Below are positions 40,101 to 47,532 of a stretch of DNA of 64,000 nucleotides, in pieces. This DNA comes from a virus (taxonomy: Duplodnaviria > Heunggongvirae > Uroviricota > Caudoviricetes). Position 1 is the first letter of the stretch. The number at the start of each line of letters is the position of its first letter. Where the stretch lies: the IMG/VR virus record IMGVR_UViG_3300008262_003982. The stretch is one strand, 5' to 3'. Made by a program: the position numbers and the translations under genes. The notes under the pieces are model-generated. The model was not told the origin of the DNA and did not search any database. It was given only the letters and a program-made list of their open reading frames with translations.

Positions 40101-40328
40101 ATGAACGAACGAATTCGACAACTTGCTGAACAGGCTGGCTACGAAAAAGATATGTTTGGCATTGGACACTGGGATATGCCAGAGTGTAAAAAATTCGCCG
40201 AGTTGATTGTGAGAGAATGTATTGAACAAGCAAGCATTGGTAACGGGCACGGTAATAATCAATGGGATAGAGCGTTGACCTTTTCTGCAAAGAATATCAA
40301 AGAACATTTTGGAGTTGAAAGTGCCTAA
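40101..40328 (+). CDS. hypothetical protein, paralogue B
   Basis: See 39441..39734. Confidence 0.5.
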   Translation: MNERIRQLAEQAGYEKDMFGIGHWDMPECKKFAELIVRECIEQASIGNGHGNNQWDRALTFSAKNIKEHFGVESA

Positions 40329-40782
40329 ATTGTACATGTTGGTAGGAGTGCCAGGATCAGGCAAAAGCACCTGGATCAAAGACCAGGTCTGGGCCTTGGG
40401 CTTGAGTGTGGTCAGCACAGACCCCTGGGTGGAAGATTATGCCCGGAGCCAAGGCAAGACCTATTCAGAAGTGTTTGAAGAATACATGCCTATTGCTGTT
40501 CGCCTGATGACCAACCATGCGTTGACTGCACAGGCTAACAACAACGACATCATCTGGGATCAGACCAGCACCACACGGGCAAGCCGGGCCAAAAAGTTTC
40601 GCATGTTGCCGGAATACTCGGCCATTGCTGTGGTATTTCGAACGCCCGAGCCTGAAGAATTGGCTAGACGATTGGCCGGCCGTCCGGGCAAAACAATCCC
40701 ATCTGAGGTGATTGCTCGCATGATTCGGGACTGGGAAGAGCCAGACTTGTCGGAAGGTTTTGAAGAAATTTGGAGAGTGTGA
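40309..40782 (+). CDS. P-loop NTPase / nucleotide kinase-like (AAA_33/zeta-toxin-like fold)
   Basis: Walker A GVPGSGKST. 157 aa. Confidence 0.55.
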   Translation: MELKVPKLYMLVGVPGSGKSTWIKDQVWALGLSVVSTDPWVEDYARSQGKTYSEVFEEYMPIAVRLMTNHALTAQANNNDIIWDQTSTTRASRAKKFRMLPEYSAIAVVFRTPEPEELARRLAGRPGKTIPSEVIARMIRDWEEPDLSEGFEEIWRV

Positions 40783-40958
40783 TGATTAGAATCCTATTGG
40801 CTTTTGTTGTTGTGTTTGGCATGTTCTTTTTCGGCATTCAGTACCTACGGAACATGTCCGGAAAAGAATCGTGGAGTTTGGTAAAACTCTTGACTTACAG
40901 TGCATTTTGTGCTATACTTACTTTTGGTAGTCTACTTGCCCTTGTGGTACTTTTTTAA
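40770..40958 (+). CDS. small membrane protein (2 TM)
   Basis: 62 aa with two hydrophobic helices. Confidence 0.4.
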   Translation: MESVMIRILLAFVVVFGMFFFGIQYLRNMSGKESWSLVKLLTYSAFCAILTFGSLLALVVLF

Positions 40959-40967
40959 GGAAATAAA

Positions 40968-41762
40968 ATGAAACGTATTTTGACTCTCTCCGTTCTTGCC
41001 GCGGCTGTGCTGGCAACAGGTTGTACTCGTATCGAAACAGGTGAAGTTGGTGTACGTGTTGGCTTTGATAAACAAGTCCAGCAAGGTGAATTAATGCCTG
41101 GCTCGTTTAATCAAACCTTTTGGGGTGATGTTCTTACATTCCCAATCAAGGACGTTAATGTCAAACTGGAGGACATGACACCTGTTGCTAAAGATAACTC
41201 AACAATGAAAGACTTTGATGCAGTGGTTATCTATAACATCAATCAAGCACAGGTAGCCGAGTTGTATAGCCAAAAGAGTCAAGCATTCCATGCTCGGCAC
41301 AACGGCGACATCTACTTGATGTACAACTATATGGTTCAAACCACTCGTAATGCCATCTACAAAGAAGCCCGAAAGTACGAGGCACTAGACATGGCTGATA
41401 ATCGCCAAGTGATGGAACAAGCAATTAAAGAACAAATTCAAAAGAGTTTGGCTGATGAAAAACTTGATGGTAGTTTGGTTGTTGGTCAAGTGTTGATTCG
41501 GAATATTGTACCTGCAGATTCTGTGGTTGCGAGTGCAAATGAGTTGGTTCGTGCCAAGAATGAATTGAAACAAAAAGAAGTTGAAGTTAAGACTGCTAAG
41601 ATGGAAGCAGAACGTATGCAAGCATTGAGTAATCAAGGTGCTCAGTCAATTGCTTACATGCAAGCGCAGGCTATGATGAATATCTCAGAAGGTATCAAGA
41701 ACGGTCGTGTGCAAACAATTGTTGTTCCTGCAAACTTCAATGCGCTGATGATGCAAAAATGA
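40968..41762 (+). CDS. lipoprotein with SPFH/band-7 (prohibitin/stomatin-like) domain
   Basis: Signal peptide plus lipobox LATGC. VGQVLIRNIVPADSVVASANELVRAKNELKQ resembles the HflK/C-stomatin core. Confidence 0.5.
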   Translation: MKRILTLSVLAAAVLATGCTRIETGEVGVRVGFDKQVQQGELMPGSFNQTFWGDVLTFPIKDVNVKLEDMTPVAKDNSTMKDFDAVVIYNINQAQVAELYSQKSQAFHARHNGDIYLMYNYMVQTTRNAIYKEARKYEALDMADNRQVMEQAIKEQIQKSLADEKLDGSLVVGQVLIRNIVPADSVVASANELVRAKNELKQKEVEVKTAKMEAERMQALSNQGAQSIAYMQAQAMMNISEGIKNGRVQTIVVPANFNALMMQK

Positions 41763-42055
41763 ACCGATTTAGACCACAAGATATATCTAAAAAGTATATC
41801 ATGCAAGAACGCCGAATGGGTGTCTGGGTAAACTACAATTGGCAAACTCGCGACAAATGGTATCCTGCAGGCTGGAAGCCCAATCACATCAGCATTGGGC
41901 GCAGATTTGGCCACTTGCATTATCTTGCTTGCCATGCGCCAGCACCTGTCCAAAAGCGTTGGCGTGCGGCATACCAACGGTTCTGTAATCAGCACATTCC
42001 CAGCCGTGCCAGCATGCGATATCTTGCTGCCTTCACTTATGATTCCAGGCTATGA
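41759..42055 (+). CDS. hypothetical protein
   Basis: 98 aa ORF. Confidence 0.4.
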   Translation: MNRFRPQDISKKYIMQERRMGVWVNYNWQTRDKWYPAGWKPNHISIGRRFGHLHYLACHAPAPVQKRWRAAYQRFCNQHIPSRASMRYLAAFTYDSRL

Positions 42056-42209
42056 ATACTGAACTTGAACGCCTGGTGCGGGCCGCTGGCGCACCCGAAG
42101 AAGCGATGGACCAACTTTGGTTTGCTATCTTCTGTCAGCAATTTGCTGACCTGCTGATTACCGAAATGGAAATGGATCAAGAGGCTGACCTACTGCAAGT
42201 AGATGCATA
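42054..42209 (+). CDS. hypothetical small acidic protein (51 aa)
   Basis: ATGA-coupled ORF MNTELERLVRAAGAPEEAMDQLW... Confidence 0.3.
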
Positions 42210-42218
42210 AGTATCTGC

Positions 42219-42983
42219 ATGAAAAAGAAAAACTGGTTTGTGCCTTCGCACAACGAAATGATTGCATACAGTGCCTGTCTACATGTGATCCTGGTCTACT
42301 TTATCTTCAACAGTGAAGCATGGCAGTGGGCAATATGTCTGTTGGTCTACTATATCAAGATGGTAGTCGGAACTGTAACAGTTCATCGGCTGATCACCCA
42401 TCGTTCTTTTCAAGCACCAAAATGGTTTGAATATCTAGGAACATTGATTGCTATTCCTGGCACAACTTTACCAATGTTGTATTGGGTAGCAATACATCGA
42501 GCGCATCATAGACACTCTGACACAAAAGATGATCCGCACTCACCTGCGGTATACGGTTATCTAGCCGTGCAATTTAGACTCACACCTGCTACTCCAAAAT
42601 TAAGTTATGCTCCAGAGATTGTGAAATCCAAATTTCACATGCACATGTACTACAATCATTGGTTGTACACTATCTTGGTCGGGGTGGCAGTTTACATGAT
42701 AGATCCTTATGCAGTAGTGTATGCTTATTTGGTTCCGTCACTATTGTTGCAACATGCCAGTTCACTGACCAACTCTCTCACTCACAGTCCATCAGGATAT
42801 AGAAATTTTGACACACGTGATCAAAGTTCAAATAACCTGCTGGTAGGATATTTGACTGGTGGAGAGGGCTGGCACAACAATCATCACGCCGCTGCCGCAG
42901 ATCCACAGTTTGGCAAAAAATGGTGGGAATTTGATCCTGGATACCGCTTAATTCAATTGGTAAGAACTGACAAAGACCGTTGA
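42219..42983 (+). CDS. membrane fatty-acid (acyl-lipid/acyl-CoA delta-9-type) desaturase, paralogue 1
   Basis: Three His boxes: HRLITHRSF, HRAHHRHSD and GEGWHNNHHA. Multiple TM helices. Confidence 0.8.
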   Translation: MKKKNWFVPSHNEMIAYSACLHVILVYFIFNSEAWQWAICLLVYYIKMVVGTVTVHRLITHRSFQAPKWFEYLGTLIAIPGTTLPMLYWVAIHRAHHRHSDTKDDPHSPAVYGYLAVQFRLTPATPKLSYAPEIVKSKFHMHMYYNHWLYTILVGVAVYMIDPYAVVYAYLVPSLLLQHASSLTNSLTHSPSGYRNFDTRDQSSNNLLVGYLTGGEGWHNNHHAAAADPQFGKKWWEFDPGYRLIQLVRTDKDR

Positions 42984-43008
42984 CAAACACTTAGCATTTT
43001 TGTATAAT
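42980..43008 (+). promoter_or_regulatory. promoter TTGACA-N17-TATAAT
   Basis: Sequence motif upstream of 43038. Confidence 0.5.
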
Positions 43009-43037
43009 AATTCTATACAAAATAGAAAGGGTATGCT

Positions 43038-43418
43038 ATGGAATTTCTTCCAGTATTAGAACTAATTGATCGACTCTGCATTGCCAGAGTAAAACATGCA
43101 CGAACCAAAGGCGCCAACCAAGTTGAACTTGATTGGTACGAGGACAAGTTTCGACAACTACCACAAAGCGCAGAACTAGATGAGGACATTCAAGCAATGA
43201 CCGACATCCATCATGCTATCTGGGATCTAGAATGGCAGCTCAAATCAGGCGTGGAGCAAATGTTGAGCCTTCAGGAGATTGGTCGCCGAGCCATTGCCAT
43301 TAGAGATCATAACAACAAACGTATTGCTTACAAAAATTCTGTTGCCAGCATTTTAGGGCATCCTGTAAAAGAAATCAAACATGACCACCTGGCCGACGGA
43401 ACAGTTGACACTAAATAG
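43038..43418 (+). CDS. hypothetical protein
   Basis: 126 aa ORF with an AAAGGG SD. Confidence 0.45.
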   Translation: MEFLPVLELIDRLCIARVKHARTKGANQVELDWYEDKFRQLPQSAELDEDIQAMTDIHHAIWDLEWQLKSGVEQMLSLQEIGRRAIAIRDHNNKRIAYKNSVASILGHPVKEIKHDHLADGTVDTK

Positions 43419-43441
43419 TTTTCCTGCTACAATGTAGCACA

Positions 43442-43513
43442 GGGCCAATAGCTTAATGGTAAAGCAACCGACTCATAATCGGTCGAGTCTTGGTTCAATT
43501 CCAAGTTGGCCCA
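43442..43513 (+). tRNA. tRNA-Met (anticodon CAT)
   Basis: Acceptor GGGCCAA/TTGGCCC, anticodon loop cuCAUaa, T-loop TTCAATT, CCA encoded. Confidence 0.8.
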
Positions 43514-43521
43514 CCAAACAT

Positions 43522-43593
43522 CTGGCGTTCGTTCAACGGATAGGACATGATTCTTCTAAAGTCATTATAGAGGTTCGATTCCTCTACGCCGGA
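43522..43593 (+). tRNA. tRNA-Arg (TCT)
   Basis: Acceptor CTGGCGT/ACGCCGG, anticodon loop cuUCUaa, T-arm AGAGGTTCGATTCCTCT. Confidence 0.75.
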
Positions 43594-43614
43594 CCATGTA
43601 TTAAATAACGCAAA

Positions 43615-43697
43615 GCCAGAGTGGTGGAATGGTATACACAGCAGACTTAAAATCTGCCGCTTGCAAGGGCATACGGGTTCGAGTCCCGTCTCTGGTA
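43615..43697 (+). tRNA. tRNA-Leu (TAA), type II
   Basis: Acceptor GCCAGAG/CTCTGGT, anticodon loop cuUAAaa, long variable arm, T-arm ACGGGTTCGAGTCCCGT. Confidence 0.8.
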
Positions 43698-43706
43698 CCA
43701 AACATT

Positions 43707-44240
43707 ATGAACAAAAGTCCTACTCGCGGAACCTTTCACAGTCAATGCAGAATTGAAGATGTCATTGCGGAAGGAGGAGATCCTGCCACTGACGAAGATG
43801 TTCAACGAGCTTTAGATCTTGAACGCATGATCAACGAACATCAGGCTCAACGCGAAGCCGACGAACGGTGGCGAGAAAACAATCTTGAATATGATTTGCG
43901 TAGCACCAAGTGGGTTTGCGACAAAGCCAAGGCCAGCGATACCTACGCTCAAAACATCTACGCAGCCTTGTGCAATCAAGACTGGCAACGCAACGAAGTA
44001 TGGCCTTTGCTAAAGGGAGAGACCTACAGTTGTTCGTGGCGCTATGCCGGGGGTATTGTTGCCGACATGCGTGAACAAGGTGACTATATTGATTGGTACT
44101 GTTCGGGCATAGGCGATGGACTGGGCAATGGTGATGCTGACGGTGTTAAAAGATATGTACCCGAAGGACATGTCACAGAAGAAATCCAGGAAGACTTTTT
44201 TAAGTTGGGCTGGATCCCAGTAGATAGCGGGGATGAATAA
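43707..44240 (+). CDS. hypothetical protein
   Basis: The listed ORF starts inside tRNA-Leu. The first ATG after the tRNA is at 43707. 177 aa. Confidence 0.45.
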   Translation: MNKSPTRGTFHSQCRIEDVIAEGGDPATDEDVQRALDLERMINEHQAQREADERWRENNLEYDLRSTKWVCDKAKASDTYAQNIYAALCNQDWQRNEVWPLLKGETYSCSWRYAGGIVADMREQGDYIDWYCSGIGDGLGNGDADGVKRYVPEGHVTEEIQEDFFKLGWIPVDSGDE

Positions 44241-44390
44241 ATAGGTATGTGCTCAATCCCATAAAAAAACTACAAGAAAATCTAGCCCGAGACTTGGTCA
44301 GTCTGGAGGACACAGACTTGGTGTCGGAACAACAACTAGACAAAATTACTGATGCATACGCACAAGTGTATGACATCATCTCCAAAGCAG

Positions 44391-44419
44391 TTGACAAGCC
44401 CAAAGAATAAATATATACT
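44391..44419 (+). promoter_or_regulatory. promoter TTGACA-N17-TATACT driving tmRNA precursor
   Basis: Sequence motif immediately upstream of the acceptor piece. Confidence 0.5.
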
Positions 44420-44455
44420 GCGAGTTATTGCTGTATGAAGCCGAGAGAAAAGTGT

Positions 44456-44490
44456 TCTGGACGGGGGTGCGAATCCCCCCAGGTCCACCA
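44456..44490 (+). ncRNA. ssrA: tmRNA acceptor piece 3' end (T-arm plus 3' acceptor strand plus CCA)
   Basis: T-stem GGGGG/CCCCC with loop TGCGAAT. CAGGTCC pairs with GGGCCTG at 44706, with one G·U. Discriminator A and an encoded CCA. Confidence 0.7.
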
Positions 44491-44705
44491 TAAGGAAGTT
44501 TAATGATAGGTTATGTTTTATTTTTGTTATTTTGGTTAGTGTTTGGTGTATTTTATTTTACACGTGATACCACATTGGACGAAGAGAAAATAAAAAACTG
44601 TGAGTTATGGTAATATGGAAAATTTAGCAAAATTTTTATTAATTGTTTTTCCAATATTATGCTTGTTGTTAACAACATTAAGCGTAGATTAAGTTTCTTT
44701 ATGAT

Positions 44706-44866
44706 GGGCCTGACCTAGATTCGACAGGGCAAAGAGTAACAGAGTGGACAGCACGGTAGGCGATGACCGTAAATCAAGCAAAACTTTTATCTGCAAATGA
44801 TGAAAAATTCTTGATGGCCGCTTAAGGTCGTCTAGGGTAGGAAATACCTCGTAACAGAAACCACCA
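44706..44866 (+). ncRNA. ssrA: tmRNA coding piece (5' acceptor strand, D-like GAUUCGAC, tag ORF)
   Basis: GGGCCUGACCUAGAUUCGACAGGG matches the tmRNA 5' consensus GGGGCUGAUUCUGGAUUCGACGGG. Tag frame GCA AAT GAT GAA AAA TTC TTG ATG GCC GCT TAA gives ANDEKFLMAA. Confidence 0.7.
44793..44825 (+). other. tmRNA tag-peptide reading frame (A)NDEKFLMAA-stop
   Basis: Resume codon GCA. The ...AA-stop ending is typical of SsrA degradation tags. Confidence 0.65.
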
Positions 44867-44894
44867 AAATGGCTGCGAAAGTAGCCATTTTCTT
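44867..44894 (+). terminator. rho-independent terminator
   Basis: AAAATGGCT-GCGAAAGT-AGCCATTTT hairpin followed by TTTCTTT. Confidence 0.6.
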
Positions 44895-44921
44895 TGACAT
44901 TCTCAGTGTTTGTGCTATATA
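44893..44921 (+). promoter_or_regulatory. promoter TTGACA-N17-(T)ATATAAT for porin gene
   Basis: Sequence motif. Confidence 0.5.
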
Positions 44922-44971
44922 ATACTCTATGATCGACATTTGATCATTTCATTAACAAGGAAAAATTACTT

Positions 44972-45862
44972 ATGAAGAAAGTTCTAATTGCGTTGACCCT
45001 GGCAGTTGCTGGTGTTGCAAGCGCACAAGTTGGTATCTATGGTCGTGTTGGCACTTACCTTGACAACACCAAAACTGGTGCTTCCACCGTGCAAGGCATG
45101 GCCAATGACTTGAGTCACTTTGGCATTCGTGCTACTGAAAACTTAGGTGGCGGATTAACAGCTCGTGCCACATACGAGACCGGCATCCAAGCCAACAGCC
45201 CAGACACTGGTACTGACACTAGACTTGGCGATCGCCAAAGCACCGTGGGTATTGCTCACAAAATGGGTAGCGTTGATCTTGGTCGCAATGTTCACACTCA
45301 CTTCTTGGCCATCAGCGACAATGATCCATTTGGCACATTGATTGGTAGCTCAGCTGCCGACGTGCATAACCTGCGTGGTTTGCGTTTGAGCAATGCCGCT
45401 TTCACTTCTGTGAACTTTGGCAATGTCTCTGCTAACTTTGATCGTAGCACTGGTGCTGTTGGCACTGCCGCTGATCCTTATGCCGCATCCGTGATTGCCG
45501 CAGTTGGACCTGCTGTGTTGACTTATGCTCGTTACGAAGCTGGCGCAGAAACCAGTGACGTGTTGGCTGCTCGTGCTAAATTTGGTGCAACCACTGTGTT
45601 TGCCAGCGCAAGCGACAACAAAGGCGTTGCTGCCAACACCAACCGTGCTCAGTTGGTCGGCGTGGCACACAAACTTGGTGGACCAGTCACAGTGAAGGCC
45701 AGCTATGGTCGCATTGAAAATGGCATCAAGAGTTACAACGTAGGTGCTGAGTATGCTTTCAGCAAAAAGACCTATGCACAAGTTTTGTATCGTACAGTTG
45801 AGGGAACCTCAGCAGCCACTGATGTCAAACAAGTAGCAGGCGGGTTGGTCGTACAGTTCTAA
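44972..45862 (+). CDS. outer-membrane general porin (Gram-negative Porin_4-like beta-barrel)
   Basis: Signal peptide MKKVLIALTLAVAGVASA. AQVGIYGRVGTYLDN...ATENLGGGL matches the N-terminal strands of Neisseria/Burkholderia-type porins. C-terminal ...VVQF (terminal Phe). Confidence 0.7.
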   Translation: MKKVLIALTLAVAGVASAQVGIYGRVGTYLDNTKTGASTVQGMANDLSHFGIRATENLGGGLTARATYETGIQANSPDTGTDTRLGDRQSTVGIAHKMGSVDLGRNVHTHFLAISDNDPFGTLIGSSAADVHNLRGLRLSNAAFTSVNFGNVSANFDRSTGAVGTAADPYAASVIAAVGPAVLTYARYEAGAETSDVLAARAKFGATTVFASASDNKGVAANTNRAQLVGVAHKLGGPVTVKASYGRIENGIKSYNVGAEYAFSKKTYAQVLYRTVEGTSAATDVKQVAGGLVVQF

Positions 45863-45884
45863 AACAGAAGTAGTACAAACCAAA

Positions 45885-45913
45885 AAACCCGCCAAGTAGG
45901 CGGGTTTTTTTAT
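45885..45913 (+). terminator. rho-independent terminator
   Basis: AAACCCGCC-AAGTA-GGCGGGTTTTTTT. Confidence 0.8.
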
Positions 45914-45928
45914 GGCAGTAGACCAATA

Positions 45929-46070
45929 ATTGGATTGGTGCTATACTAGACACAAGTTAGAAAAACAGCGAAGTTTGTAAAGACCCTGCAACAAGGCGGG
46001 GCATTTACAAAACAAGTTGACCAGTAAAGCAGGAGATGCTATACTAGAGACTAGTTAGAAAACAAAGGCA
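45929..46070 (+). promoter_or_regulatory. tandem repeated promoter-like elements (...GGTGCTATACTAGACACAAGTTAGAAAAACA / TTGACC-N17-GATGCTATACTAGAGACTAGTTAGAAAACA)
   Basis: Two copies of about 30 nt starting GCTATACTAGA. Each is followed by a strong hairpin (46001..46038 and 46106..46140). Confidence 0.4.
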
Positions 46071-46380
46071 GTTGATCGAAACTACTTTGAAGTTCGTTAA
46101 AAATTTAATTTTGTATAGTGCCCCAGATTAAGTTCTGGGCACTATATGTAAACACATTAGGGTTACCTAGTCCGTTAGGGGTGAACAAAGGCTGATTCGA
46201 GCCGGATACCCATGAAGCAGGAGGGCCTAAGAGTAGCGCGAGACACCATCGAGCGTGAGGGATAAGGCTACACCAAACTCCAGGAAGGCGGCGGAACTAC
46301 TGGGCCTGTAATGAGGTCTTGATGCAAGTTGGTGATGCGTGTCAAGAACTTCCCTAATGTGTTTTCATATAGTGAACTAT

Positions 46381-46452
46381 GGAGCGTTCGTCTATCGGTT
46401 AGGACACAAGCCTTTCACGCCTGTAAGAGGGGTTCGATTCCCCTACGCTCTA
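46381..46452 (+). tRNA. tRNA-Glu (TTC)
   Basis: Acceptor GGAGCGT/ACGCTCT, anticodon loop cuUUCac (one mismatch in the anticodon stem), T-arm AGGGGTTCGATTCCCCT, CCA encoded. Confidence 0.6.
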
Positions 46453-46658
46453 CCAAATCCCGTTACTACTTTCGTTAAAGTAGCGTTTGATTAGCGATAG
46501 AGATCCGGTGGCAGAAGACCGTAAGCGTAAGGATGGAGACTACCCTTACAGACTCTGATAGGCAGAATCTCACTGCACACAGACTTTGAATAAATGAGAT
46601 GGACAGAGTAACTGCTCAATTAAGGGCTGGCGTGGAACCCAGTAGCTTATCCTAATTT

Positions 46659-46730
46659 GGTCTCAAGGTGTTCATGGACGCACACAGCACTGTCACTGCT
46701 GAGGAGGGGGATCGTTACCCCCTGGGACCG
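46659..46730 (+). tRNA. tRNA-Asp (GTC)
   Basis: Acceptor GGTCTCA/TGGGACC, anticodon stem CAGCA/TGCTG with loop cuGUCac. T-loop is the unusual ATCGTTA. CCA encoded. Confidence 0.6.
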
Positions 46731-46740
46731 CCAAGTTTAT

Positions 46741-46828
46741 GGACATGATGTGTCAATTACCTGAGGCTGGTATGAAACTTCGTAATAGCATACGAGGAAG
46801 AAGTGGGTTAGATTCCCATTGTTGTCCA
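46741..46828 (+). ncRNA. tRNA-like element (T-arm plus 3' acceptor plus CCA recognisable; non-canonical body)
   Basis: 3' end GTGGGTTAGATTCCCATTGTTGTCCACCA followed by the same AAGTTTATGG tail as tRNA-Asp. The 5' strand GGACATG pairs only 5 of 7. Confidence 0.3.
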
Positions 46829-46839
46829 CCAAGTTTATG

Positions 46840-46928
46840 GCGTCATAGGATGTAACGGAGTGTGGTTTGCTTCAACCTTGAATGATCATCAAGGTTTTCT
46901 TGCGTGGGTTCGAATCCCACATGATGCC
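46840..46928 (+). ncRNA. tRNA-like element (89 nt; acceptor GCGTCAT/ATGATGC and T-arm GTGGGTTCGAATCCCAC present; body contains 23-nt perfect palindrome)
   Basis: AACCTTGAATGATCATCAAGGTT palindrome at 46866..46888 where the anticodon arm should be. No clean D-arm. Confidence 0.3.
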
Positions 46929-47532
46929 TCAAGTTTGAAGCCACATCGCCTGGACACTTCCTCGCAAGAGCACTAGGTCCTGCAACCGTGGCTTCTCCCC
47001 GACGTTCCGCTTGGTTAGCGGATACTGTGACCCGCAGGATAAGAAGTGAGGTGACTCTCAAGGGTGGTAGTCTTCTTACCGAAAGGCCGTTAGCAACACG
47101 ATAGCGGTCCCTGTCGGGAAGCGGGTGGAAGGTGTGTGAGAATTGCGGGGCAACCCAAGAGATGATGCACTACAATTACCGCCGGGGGATGCAGAGCAAC
47201 TAATTTTCCTGATGCTGGGCAGGACAAGGCCCAGCAGTCCTATCCCAAGGATCACCTGAGCCAGAACTCAGGGCCGATGAGCATCGCAAGCCCTACCACG
47301 GGTGCCGATGGACGATAAATTGGGAAGCAGTAGTTAGCAGTGGGAGGATTTGATTTTCAAATCCGAACTTTTAGTTTTTATAGTCAAGCACCGATAAAGG
47401 TATCGTGTAAGGACGCTTACGCTATTCGGGTCCAACCGGCCGGGAACGGATCCTAATATAACTGCTATCGGCTATTGCACTCTTAGCGGAGGACGCATAA
47501 ATTGAGCATCTCTCGGTGCTTGACTATAGAAT

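Larger units (their letters stand above)
44426..44866 (+). ncRNA. ssrA: circularly permuted (two-piece) tmRNA precursor
   Basis: The 3'-type tRNA-like module comes first in the gene: GGACGGGGGTGCGAATCCCCCCAGGTCCACCA at 44456..44490. The 5'-type module GGGCCTGACCTAGATTCGACAGGG follows at 44706, and then a tag reading frame. Confidence 0.7.
46456..47530 (+). ncRNA. candidate large structured ncRNA region (GC-rich, ORF-free, GNRA-hairpin-rich), including embedded tRNA and tRNA-like units
   Basis: About 1.07 kb with no ORF longer than 80 aa. GC is clearly above the flanks. Many local hairpins: CTCGCAAGAG, GCTGGGC-N8-GCCCAGC, CTGAG-N6-CTCAG, GGATTTGA-TTT-TCAAATCC and CCGAAAGG. Confidence 0.4.

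Noticed and set aside
43442-43700. tRNA cluster as a prophage attachment or integration site
   Set aside because: No integrase, recombinase or direct repeats flank the tRNAs. The genome architecture is that of a lytic phage carrying its own tRNA set.
46150-46380. Possible RNase P RNA or 6S RNA
   Set aside because: The universally conserved RNase P blocks (AGGAAAGUCCGGGCU, ACAGAA, GGUAAC-type P4/J11-12 elements) were not found by eye. Left as an unclassified structured region.
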